The notes under the pieces: model-generated | Databases searched by the model: none | What the model was told of the DNA's origin: nothing | The model's input: only the letters and a program-made list of their open reading frames with translations | Program-made: the position numbers and the translations under genes | Assembly: GCA_000934665.2 (NCBI GenBank) | Contig: KZ538329.1 | Span: forward strand, 1-64,000 | Direction of reading: 5' to 3' | DNA from: Catajapyx aquilonaris | Lineage: Eukaryota | DNA: 64,000 nucleotides | Part shown: one piece after another, positions 1 through 11,265 of the stretch | How positions within the stretch are numbered: position 1 is the first letter of the stretch | Layout of the letters: the number at the start of each line of letters is the position of its first letter

Positions 1-209
1 CAATTGTTTGGAACAAAATAACAATCGCCTAACAATTGATTTCAATGCTCATTGCTGCACTTGCCTGATCAAATCGCTCACATGTAAATGCGGCCTCAAT
101 ACTTGAGCAGATCCTTCGCATTGGTTAAAAGAGTTGTCACTTTAGACCACTTTTGGCAGCCCATCCTTACCCCCACCATGCGAACATGCCCAATCTCTGC
201 GTGTCTCAC

Positions 210-650
210 CTGATTCTCCCTTCCTCCGTCTCCGTCACTGCCACCGCCTGCATCCTCCTCCTCCTCCCTGGCTGGACCATGCCTCCCTCTGCCGTCCCCC
301 TCTTCCGCTGCACCAGGGTCACTTGTTTCCTGGCCGCTGTTGCCCTCTTCCCGTGGCTCCTCCTTGATGACCCGGGCTGTGACCCCCACCACCTGCTCCT
401 GCCCACCCTCCTCCTCCCCTGGGTCCTCCTTGACCCTCAGACCACCTCTTTCTTTCCAAACTCTCTTGGCCATCTCCTCCTTGGTGAACCTGACGGTGAC
501 CCCCACTGGTTCCTCCTCCTCCTCTGGCTCCACCTTGACCCTGTCCCACTTGGAGTGAGTGAAGCTGTGTCCCAACAGATCAATCCTCCTCTTGAAGATC
601 TTGTCTGGGCAGCATGGGCAGGGGTATCTCCCCAATTTCACCATCTCCAT
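210..650 (-). CDS. 5' coding exon of zinc-finger cluster member E (gene continues beyond the window start)
   Basis: Encodes YPCPCCPDKIFKRRIDLLGHSFTHSKWDRVKVE, the N-terminal module seen in paralogs A, B and C, followed by an acidic linker. ATG at 650; phase-0 donor CAG|GTGAGA at 209. The true start could lie further upstream. Confidence 0.6.
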
Positions 651-1039
651 GGCTGGGGTCTCTCCTTCGAATACTTCCTCAGCTGCTCCACACACTGATG
701 GAGGCTTCAGGGGTGAGGCCAAAGGCCACCCGTCCAGACCCGCTCCGAGGGCAGCGCAGGCGACGGGCCGAATAACGATGAGGGTGCCCCACCGTCACCC
801 TTCCCGCAAGAATGTCCCCCCTTCGAGTCAATCACAACCGCCAAACACTCACCCTCCCAACAATGCTTGTTCCTTCCCCATCCACAGCCCTCAACCGACG
901 CGCCATAGACAACCAAGAACCAACTAGGGCTCACCTCCTCCTTCCATCCCTTCAGACCCAGATAGTTCCCCTTCCCCCCGCCACGAAGGGAGCTGTGGCG
1001 CCACCAGTTGGAATCCATTCTTTTATTAGAATTATACAG

Positions 1040-2060
1040 CATTTCACAGGCATAAGCCAGCTCATTGTCACCTTCGTGATAAAACGTAATGTGATTAATG
1101 TAATCCTTCTCATTATGCAGAATTTTTGAACAATAATGACAGCTGGTAGGTGTGTCGGTCGGTCTCACTTTGCTTCCAGTCACTACTGGTGCTACCTTGG
1201 TGCTACTTGTAATGCATTAAGTGGTTCAATTATTATTCTTCTTCTGATGCTCCATTAAACTGTTGCGATACTTTCTGACAAAAGATGCAATTTTAATAAG
1301 TGGACGAGCGCTATGAAATGCAAGTCGGTAGGGCATAGTGAATGTCTTGTTGCACACTCTGCAGGTTAAAGACTTCCAACCCCTCCGCCGACCCGCATGC
1401 ACCTTTTCGAGTTAGGGAAGTTTATTTCCTATTACTTTACATTGTGACCAACCAAGCTCATCATTTTCTTTGACTTAGGGCCGGTTTCACCGAGCTCAGT
1501 ATATGATAAAACCAGGGTATTTCTCAAAATCCCTGTCTATTTGTATGGATTTTCCTAAAGAAACCTGGTTTTATCATATACCAAGCTCGGTGAAACCGGC
1601 CCTTATAGAGAACTTCGACTTATGGAAGTTTTACTGTAAATGGTTTGTCTCTCTGCACTAAGCTATATGCACATGGAGCTTGTATTGAGAATGGAATCTT
1701 TTGAAACACACCTCGCAGGTTAATGACTTTTGACTACACGCATTTCCAGCAGCATGCCGACTTAATCCTGCCTTTGACTTAAATACTCTGCCACACCGTG
1801 TACAAAAAACAAGGTTTCTTCCTGGTAGGTTGCTTCTTGCAACTCTTCAAACCCAATACCAACTGCCGCTTTCTCCTCCTGAGCTGCTTATTGTTTGGTG
1901 AGGCACTGATGTTAGTTTGCTCATCTTGAACTGCTCTGTCCTGGCTGTTTCCTTCGAAGTGTTCTGAACAATCAGCTGGGTCTTCTTCCTGGGATTAAAA
2001 TCCGTTAAAGAAAAAGTTGTTAGTCCTAACTATTCCGGTAAAATGTTCCTGCAGCTAACC
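1040..2060 (-). pseudogene. Degraded C2H2 zinc-finger paralog D (exon 1 lost, frameshifts, MITE insertion, 3' truncated)
   Basis: Homologous to exon 2 (EEDPADCSE) and to the finger exon (CHYCSKILHNEKDYINHITFYH, identical to paralog C). There is a +1 frameshift at ~1804-1809 and an insertion at 1478-1602. Homology stops at ~1040 within finger 7. Confidence 0.85.
1478..1602. mobile_element. PIF/Harbinger-type (Tourist-like) MITE
   Basis: TIR GGGCCGGTTTCACCGAGCT...AGCTCGGTGAAACCGGCCC; TTA target duplication at 1475-1477 and 1603-1605. Confidence 0.85.
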
Positions 2061-2771
2061 TGCAAAAAGCTCCAGAATTCAAATACGTACCATGTAGACA
2101 TTACAGACTTTTATTGGAACAAATCATTAGATTTTATTAGTTCATTGGCCTTTCAGGTAATTTACACCTTCATGGGGAGGGAACTGTCCCTGCAGGATTA
2201 TTAATTCAATTGTTTTCTACAATCCTACAAAACCCAACGTGCATTTTTACTACAGTACATTATTGTTATGACTACCTTATTTTCATATGAATTGATATGA
2301 CCTTACTAAAGATAAGTACAATTTGAGTCCTTTATTGGATACAGTGTACAGCAATCCGAAGGTCACACATGACCTCATAAGTAAGTCTCATTAACCTAAC
2401 TTCCTATTTAAAATTTCATCATTACTTACATAGATCTAAAGAAGCCTCATATAAGACAGTACAGAAGTGTACTTGTTAAGCACATAACTGAAAAATAACT
2501 TGGGTTAAAAAAATAACATGAAAACGCATGCAGATATCCTTAATGACAACACAATCATGTCTGACCATCTTTACCAACGTCACTTTTTGTCATTTTCAAC
2601 TTGGCATTTCTGCATATGGCGTTTCAGGTCAAAGGGCCTTTTGTAAACCTTTTCACACCCATCACACTGGAACTTTCCTTGATCATCAGAGTGCACATAT
2701 TTATGCCCTTTCAGACTTTTATGGGAACTGAAAATCTTGGAGCAAATGTTGAATTCAATACATTTCTTAGG

Positions 2772-5700
2772 TTAATGCTTTTTCATATGATCGCGCAGAC
2801 GACTAGTTGATATAAAACCCTCTGAACAAATGCTACATGTGAAGGGCCTCTCGCCAGTGTGACGTCGTACATGAATGTCAAAGTCCGTCTTAGACATGAA
2901 CATGCGATGGCAAACGGGGCATTTATGTTCTTTGTGTCCCCTTGTCTTGTGACCATGACACCTTTTCCTGTGATAAAGTAAATTGCTTCTATGGCCATAT
3001 TTTTTTGAGCATTCTGGACAATTGTAATTCGGCACCTCTCCTTTGTGAACTCGCCTCCAATGATCTTGCATAGAATATTTATCAGAAAAGCTTTTAGGAC
3101 ATTCTTTGCAAACATAACCCTTCTTATCTTTATCTTTGCCATGTGCTGTTTCCATGTGCAACTTCAGACATTCCTTCAGCTTGAATCCCTTACCACACTG
3201 ATTACACATAAAATTAGTTTTATCTGAATGGAGCAGCAGCATGTGGCGCTCCAGATTCCTTTTTGACATCAATTTTTTTGAACACAAGCTGCACTTGAAT
3301 CGTTTCTCACCAATGTGAGTACGCATATGTCTCACAAGGTAACATTTGCTAGAAAAAATCTTGCTACAGTGGTCGCAAGTGTAGCCATTGCAATTAAAGT
3401 TATGGCTGCTCTGTTTGTGCATGTTCAAACGATAGGGAGATTTGAACTTCTCTGAACACATTTCACAGGCATAAGCCAGCTCATTGTCACGTTCATGATA
3501 AAAAGTAACGTGATTAATGTAATCTTTCTCATTAGGTAAAATTTTGGAACAATAAGGACAGCTGGTAGGAGTGTCTGTCTCACTTCCCATCCCTACAGGT
3601 AATGCATTAAGTGGTTCAATGATTTCTTCACCCGAATGCACCCTCTGATGCTCCTTTAAACTGTGGCGATACTTGAATGATTTCTGGCAAACGTTGCAAT
3701 TAAAAGGCTTACTATCAGAGTGGACTGCCATGTGCAATGCAAGTCTGGAGGGTCTAGGGAATGTCTTGTTACATACTTCGCAGGTTAAAGCCTTCTGACC
3801 CTCCCTCCAACCCTCATGCTGTTTTTCGTGACTCTGCAAAGTGTCAAGATACTTGAATGATTTCTTGCATTTTTTGCAGGTGAATGGTTTGTCTCTGTGC
3901 ACTGCACTATGCACATGCAGCCTGTAGTGAGAAGAGAATTTTTTCCTACACACCTTGCAGGTTAATGACTTTGGACTACATGCATTTGTATCAGCATGCC
4001 GATCTAACCCTGCTTTTGTCTTAAATACTCTACCACAGCGTGTACAACAAGGTTTCTTACTGGCAGGCTGCTTCTTGCGACTGTTTAACCCCGATACCAC
4101 CTGCCTCTTACTCCTCCTGAGCTGCTTATTGTTTGGTGATGTACTGCCCTGAAAAATGACATTGATGTTAATTCAGTTGCAGGGCCAGTCTTGGGGGATA
4201 AGGGTCCCCACTGGTACAGGGTACACAAGGTTGACTTATGCAAGGGGTCTGGTGATGCTGGGCAGAAGGGGCAGATCCTAAATGTGGGAGGCATGACCAT
4301 TGACAGAATGGAGATTTATTGCTTCCTTCTGGTCAGCAATCCTTCTGATAGCAAAGGAGGGGGAGAAGAAGTGTCCTCACGGTCACTCAATGACCCTGCA
4401 CTTAGACATAATTCCCCTTTTCTTTTATACCTACAAAAACCCAAAACAGTTTTATCAGTTAGGGAGTAGTACCAGCTGCTTATTGACCCTTTGTATGGGT
4501 TATCAGTTGGTTTTAAATTTCGATAGCAGGAAGTGACGGCACAGAAATTAGGAAACAGCACCTGCGGCTTACTGACCCTTTGAATCGTGGTTTTGTATGG
4601 GTTTAAAGTGTGGGAAGTGACCAGGGACTCCGGAATTAATTCCTCAAGCTGGACCAGAATGCAGGCGGGATCATTGTTATCCGTCAGGGCGAGGCCCTGG
4701 TTACGAATAACCTGCTTGCTTGCAGCTGAATTCTGTTTGTTACATGGAATTGTGCTTTAGTATTCTTTTCGGGTCTTTGGGGATTCTATTCGGGACAGAT
4801 TTTGAGGTGATTATAGGATTGAATAGCCCTTTGTCTTGGTGATGCTGTATGGCTTTTTGTTACCGCAACAGTACTGTCCATTGCTGTGGGCTTGTCACAG
4901 GCATGGTACTTTGCCAATTCGTGATATTTTTAGTTTTTGCGGAGCGATAGCAGAGCTGGGCCTTATTGTGGGTTTGTATACGCCTACAATGCGGTCACTG
5001 AACGTTACCGTAGCTTTGCCGATTCCCGATCTGCCCTCCTCCACTTGGCTCTCCCCTTCAATCATGTCTACGACTCACTCTGCAGATGTACTGCTGCACA
5101 TGCTCAGGAAACACGGCTGGTGTGACTGCATGTCGTTCTTAGGGTTAACCAGAGCCTGGGGTTAAATAATGAACTGAACCATCGTTTAAATTAGCCACCT
5201 CCTTCTCAGCACTCGTCTGATAGGTTTGAGTGGCAGGTAAGGTCCATAGCCAATACGTTTGGAGCCCACCCGACCCATCCAACCCCGCCGCGTCTCTACA
5301 TGCGGATAAACGATAGACTTTCCTTTCCATTGTTGCCTAATGCATTCTTAAGCTGGAGTGTTTGTAATAACCTAGCACCTTACAATTCGACCTGAGAGAT
5401 GACAATGATGCTATCTGCATTCTGCTCCAGCATGAGGAATTAATTGCGGGTCCCTGGTCACTTCCCCCACTTCAAACCCACACAGAACAGCGATTCGAAG
5501 GGTCAGCAAGCCACAGGTACTGTTTCCTAATTGAGTTGGCGATTGGCCTGTAACCCAACATAAGCTAAAATACCTGGGTGCAATGAGTCACAATTTTATC
5601 CGAGATTGCTACGTAAATCATAGTCTGTGATAAAAAGCAATGAAAGAAAGTAACATCATTATGCTACCAGTCTTTCCCACATTGATCAAAACTTCAAAAA

Positions 5701-7228
5701 CCCTCTGCCTGTTTTGTGAATGAAGGATTACTTCTGGACAACTTCGATGGCTAAGAACAGCGTGCCTTAAAATAATTGTGTTCCGCAAAGATATTAAGAT
5801 GCAAATAGTCATTATCTCTGTTACAGCTAATGCACAGAAAATAAAAATATTTTCCAACATTATATTTTGTCTCATAAGCTCAACATAAAGAAAAGAAAAG
5901 TGTCCAAATAGTCAGTTACTTGAGTCGAGAATGTTGCCATTGGAGTCACGATTCAGATGATATCAAGAGTGACTTTATTTCTATCGAAATGCCAGGCAAG
6001 CACCTGGACTGGTCTGTCACAATTTAATGTGGATGGTGAGAGTGGGGACAATTATACATGGTCCTCTCTCTAACATATTGCAATTTACTTACTGCAGGGT
6101 CTTCTTCCGTGACCTTATCCTCTGCCTCTGAGTCGCCACTCTGCAATGGTGAATCAACTGTCGTTTCAAGGCCTTCGCTGTCAAGTAGTTCATCACCAGT
6201 CTCACTGTCAGTTGCCCCATCCTGACCTCCTTCTCCTTTGACGTGGCACGGCCACAGAGCTGGTCCTTCCTCCTGAAGACAACAATTCGAATGATCAGAA
6301 GGATGTCCATGGCCACCATTTCCAATGCCCCCAATCCCCCTCCCCAAACAACCGTGCCAAGTGGAGGCCAACCTCCACTTTGATTTCCATCTTCAGTCCC
6401 CCATCCTCCAGACCCCCTTCTTCTTCTTCTTCCTTCACTTGGACATCTCCTGGTACATCTGGCTCATCCTCCTCTTCCTCTTCCTCTCTCCTGTGGGGCT
6501 CAAGTGGTCCATTGCCAGGTTCAGTCGCCCCGTCCGGACCTCCTTCTCCTCCTTTGATGTGGTATTGCCACAGAGCTGGTCCTTCCTCCTGAAGAAGACA
6601 ACAATTATTCGAATGATCAGGAGGGTGTCCATGGCCACCATTTCCAATGCCCCCAATCCCCCTCCCCAAACAACCCATGCCAAGTGGGGGCCAACCTCCA
6701 CTTTGATGTCCATCTCCAGTCCTCCTTCATCCTCCAGACCTTCTTCTTCTTCTTCTTCCTTCACTTGGACATCTCCTGGTCCATCTGGCTCATCCTCCTC
6801 TTCCTCTCTCCTGTGGGTCTCCAGTGGTCCATTGCCAGGTTCAGTCGCCCCATCCGGACCTCCTCCTCCTCCTCCTCTGACGTGGCATGGCCACAGAGCT
6901 GGTCCTTCCTCCTGAAGAACAACAATTCGAATGATCAGAAGGGTGTCCATGGCCACCATTTCAATGCCCCCAATCCCCAAACAACCCATGCCAAGTGGGG
7001 GCCAACCTCCACTTTGATTTCCATCTTCAGTCCCCCATCCTCCAGATCTTCCTCCTTCACTTGGTCATCTCCTGGTCCATCTGGCTCATCCTCCTCCTCC
7101 TCCTCCTCCTCTCTTCTCCTGACCTGGTCCCATCTGCTGTGGGTGAAGCTGTGGACTAGAAGCTCCAAGTGGGTGGGGAATGTTTGGAGACAGCAACGAC
7201 ACTTGTGCAGGCCACTAATTGGATCCAT
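2772..7228 (-). CDS. C2H2 zinc-finger protein, paralog A; exons 7007-7228, 6696-6911, 6373-6588, 6093-6272, 2772-4148 (~736 aa, 14 array fingers before an early stop)
   Basis: All four introns are GT-AG and phase 0, giving one open frame. N-terminal CRCC..HSFTHSRWD module; tandem fingers with HTGERPF/HIGEKRF linkers. TAA at 2772-2774 replaces the TCA found in B and C. Confidence 0.8.
4546..5532. mobile_element. Non-autonomous DNA element with ~120-140 bp imperfect terminal inverted repeats, in the last intron of paralog A
   Basis: 4546-~4665 (AATTAGGAAACAGCACCTGCGGCTTACTGACCC...) is the reverse complement of ~5415-5532. No transposase is recognisable inside. Confidence 0.65.
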
Positions 7229-7917
7229 CACTGAAAAAATTAGCACCTCATTAGCGAAAAGGAAATGAGAAACAGGCGCATAAAGTGCTGGACTAAAGAA
7301 AACAACTGTCAACAGGCCTGTTATACACTGACAACATTTTAGACGAAGTTGTGGGGGCTTTCGCATTGCACTTTCTCACCTTGTATCCAGTTTACAGCCA
7401 CAAAATCACACATGAGAGCTCATCCCACAACTTCGAATAGATTTTCTGCTGGGCAATCTGCCTATTCACAGTTTTCTTCGTCATTCAGTAGTTTTTTGTG
7501 GCACGATTATTTCTTTAGGCTCTCAAATCTTTCTTAACCTCCTGAGACCCGGCATCCAATATATTGGACATCTGGAAAAGTTTTTTTTGGCACCAACTAG
7601 TGATGCAAACAGAATTGTAATCTGTTGGTATCCCACAATCTGGGCCTCAATAGGTGTAGCCACCTACTGTCGAATATCTGACTTGGGCCTCGAAAATTAA
7701 ATCGAATATTAAATGGCGGATGCTACTGCTGAAGCTAGGTGCTCATCTGATAAGTTTTATTTTTTTCCTCATACTTAGAGTGCGATTTTCGTCAATGCAG
7801 CGAATGTCCTGGGATTCACAAGGAATGTCCATTAGGAAATACGAAAAGATGTGTCTGTGACAGTCTTCGTTGCCGTAGAGGACTGGCCATTTTCTTTTCT
7901 TCCTGAGACCAAATGCC

Positions 7918-7918
<1 letters not shown>

Positions 7919-7960
<42 letters not shown>

Positions 7961-7991
7961 TCATATATTCATTCATTCATTCATTCATTCA
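7919..7991. repeat. (TAA)n followed by (TTCA)n microsatellite
   Basis: Directly visible. Confidence 0.9.
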
Positions 7992-9024
7992 TTACACTCA
8001 CGGCATATTCCCAAGATGGGGTTACCAGCGATGACCAGGAGGTACAAACCACCTGACCATCTCGAATGACCAATTTAATGAATCCTTTCCAAAATGTTCC
8101 TCATCTCACGCCCGTTCATTTGATATACGTGTAATATAATGGGGTTACAACAATACATTCTGAGATGGCCGAGCCACCAACCTGGCTGGCTTGTCATAGA
8201 ATGACAGAGACGCACCCGGCCACACTATTTATTTTATATCTCGGAACCTAATACGAATACAACAATGGAAATGCATACCACTGAAAGGGTATGAGTTGCA
8301 GATTACTCATAAAAATTTTCGTAAAATGCGACTTGGTGCGGGTCGTCACGCCTCCTTATTTACTGTATTTGATATCTCGGACCCTAATACGAGGGCCAAA
8401 ATGAAACTTGCAGTACTGAAGGGGATATGATCTTCCAAAATGGCACGTAATTTTAATCGTAGAATTTTTTGGAGGTTATCTGCGGGTTTGGCGTTTACCT
8501 TGTATAGAATTTAAAGCCCCATTTTGCATGCATGTGGGACGCATAATTATTAGAGAAATTATCGCGTTATTGTAAACATCAGAATGGAAAAGTTCCCATT
8601 TTTGACCTCGTCATTTCTTGTCACCTATAGCGGATAGCGGTTATCTGGTTTGAAAAATATGTCCCTGTGACCTTGACAAAATACAATCCTAAGCACCAAA
8701 TTTCGATTTTCTAAAAATAATTTTAAAAAATAATTTAAAAAAGTCGGGTGAACATCGTTGTATGATCTCAAATGGAATTTTACCCAAACTAGAAATAAGT
8801 TGCACGAATAGTAGCGGCGCTCTCAAACAGCGACCCAGACCGTGCTGCCACTTGCGGGACTGTGTGACCAAGGGACCGCGGCCGTGACCGGTGAGCAGGG
8901 TCTTGTGGATTCCGGAACATCGCCAAATCAACATGTCCGTAACTTGGCAGTGCGCCCAGGATTACCAACACATAAACACAAAAACACATAAACAGTCGCG
9001 ACATTACTTTTGCGGTCAATAGTA

Positions 9025-9359
9025 CAGTGCTGGACAAAATAGCCGTCGCTGAATGTTTTTTTCCGGCGGCAGCGGAGGCGGCGTTACCTGGCAACCCTGT
9101 CCGGTGGGCCAATTCAAACATCTGCCCATGGAGATCGCTTCGATTGTTGCCACTGTTTACAAATCGAACGAGTGACGCGGACGACCCAGCGACGGGTCTC
9201 TTCTGCCTGCGCACTCACTCACTCGATTTGTAAACAGTGGCAACAATCGAAGCGATCTCCATGGGCAGATGTTTGAATTGGCCCGCCGGACAGGGTTGCC
9301 AGGAAACGCCGCCGCCGTCGGAAAAAAACATTCAGCGACGGCTATTATGTCCAGCACTG
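9025..9359. mobile_element. Tc1/mariner-type foldback MITE nested in the piggyBac-like element
   Basis: TA|CAGTGCTGGACA...TGTCCAGCACTG|TA with ~140-bp near-perfect arms. Confidence 0.85.
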
Positions 9360-11093
9360 TACACCCATAAGGAAGTGTGCTTTTCACTATACAGTTCGGT
9401 TTTAAAATCTAGAATAGTGAGGTACCATTATGGGAGGTCAGAAGGGAAGGAGCAAGGCCCATGGTGGAGTGGTGGCCTTTCAAATAATTTCATATTTATC
9501 TTTAATTGTCTCCTGAGAGGATTTGCTACCATGAATTCCACAAATGAATGTAAAAAAACATTGTTTGGAGGTTAGAGCACTATGCGAGTGATCAATTGAG
9601 TGGCAATTAAACTTTTCAACATTTATCCGCTCTGCTTTTGTAGCAGGAATTGCGTCCTAATGTTCTCATTGGTTGTTTGTCATAATTTATTTCAATATTT
9701 TAGAATTATGATTATTTTTTTTCTCGTTTCTTATTGGGAACATGTTCAAAAAATGCAATAGGAACTGACATTGCGTTACTCAATTCTTCTCGGGTCTCAG
9801 GAGGTTAAACAAGCCAATGGGTAGTGAATAATTTGCAAACCTTCTACAACCAGTATTAATGGTGGCAGTCATCATTTCCAATTGTGACAAAAAAATACTA
9901 GCAACATGTAGTTTCTTTTTGACACTAGCTTTAGGCAGACTGTTGACCTCCCTGCCCTGTTTTCATTACCTCCTCACGAGTGGACGTGTCTTCTTCAGAT
10001 CTCACAAGGGGCAGGAGGATCCGAGGCCGCCGCCTTCTTCCTTCTTCCCAACCAGAGGATAAGAGGACGAGAGAAGAAGAAGAGAAGGCTTCTCATTCAT
10101 CGGCCATGTTGGGCCAGTCCGAATAGAGCAACGGGCTTCCCCTGGCTTCGTCGGTTCGTCCGAATGTGCCCAGTATGGCAGTTCACATTCCTGCCAACAG
10201 ATGGCGAGGGTGGTCCTTGTGGCGGCAAGATATGTTTTCCTCAAGTTTTCCTGGAGTTATTTCCATCCACCCGAGGGTCCACCAGTAGGTCAATCCTGAA
10301 GTGCAGCAGAACCAAAACCACGACCGAAACAATGACATCAACAGCAGTTCACTTCACCGTTCACTTTAATACCTTGTTGACCAGATGACAGAAGGAGACG
10401 AGCAGATGATCAGCTGTCTTGATGACCAGATGATCTGATGCATGTGCTAAAAACCTTCCCTGTTAAAAACTACCCCTAATGATCACCCTGGGGCATACTA
10501 TGTCAAGGCCGCCGTATTGATTTGCATCCGGAACATACAGACAGGACATACAGATATACGTTGAGAAATATGTATTAGATTATATAGAAGTTCTTTAATT
10601 CCATTGAAGTTTTTTGGTACACCCTGTAGGTTCAGGTTCAAAATATAACCTAAAATTCGAAACCAGCTACCCCGAAAATATGGGGAGACATAGTTTTTAC
10701 ATTTTTACGTGCTTAAACGGTTTATTTGAGGAGCTATCATTTTCGATCGCGTTTTTTTCTGTTTCTGATAAATTTTACATTTACAACAACCACGGGAAAA
10801 TGGGGGGGGGGGGGGGGTCATGCAACAAACTTCCACATTAATTTTAACGTGATTTAGTTCCTCTTCCAGCACTTAGCTTCCTTAATACAATAGTCTTCTA
10901 CAATCCTACAAAACCCATTATTGTTATGACTACCTTATTTTAATGTTAATTGATATGGCCTTACTAAAGATAAGTACAATTTTAGTCCTTTATTGGATAC
11001 AGTGTACAGCATTCCTAAGGTCACACAGAACCTCAAAAGTTAGGTCTCATTTAAAACCAAACTTTCTACTTAGAATTTCATCATTACTTACAT

Positions 11094-11117
11094 CAAGAGC
11101 TAATAACTTAGCTCTTG
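11094..11117. mobile_element. 24-bp palindromic transposon remnant or footprint with 7-bp TSD
   Basis: CTTACAT|CAAGAGCTAATAACTTAGCTCTTG|CTTACAT. The paralogous site downstream of gene C (~15664-15670) has a single CTTACAT. Confidence 0.75.
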
Positions 11118-11265
11118 CTTACATCTAAAGAAGCCTCATATAAGTTAGTGTACTTGTTAAGCACATAAATGATAAATCACTTGGTTAAAAAAATTACCTG
11201 AAGACGCATGCAGATATCTTTAATGACAACACAATCATGTCTGACCATCGTTAGAAACTGAAACA

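Larger units (their letters stand above)
7538..9804. mobile_element. Non-autonomous piggyBac-type element (2.27 kb) carrying nested repeats
   Basis: TIR CCTCCTGAGACCCG...CGGGTCTCAGGAGG with TTAA at 7534-7537 and 9805-9808; no long ORF. Confidence 0.8.

Noticed and set aside
1860..1990. Paralog D as a retrocopy (exon 2 fused to exon 3)
   Set aside because: It retains intron-1 sequence (~1990-2060), and the junction keeps intron-end-like sequence, fitting a genomic deletion.
6325..7268. Plus-strand ORFs of 194-196 aa (and 153-698)
   Set aside because: Antisense shadows of Glu-rich minus-strand exons.
7538..9804. Autonomous transposon
   Set aside because: No transposase ORF or recognisable DDD/E remnants here or in any other element in the window.
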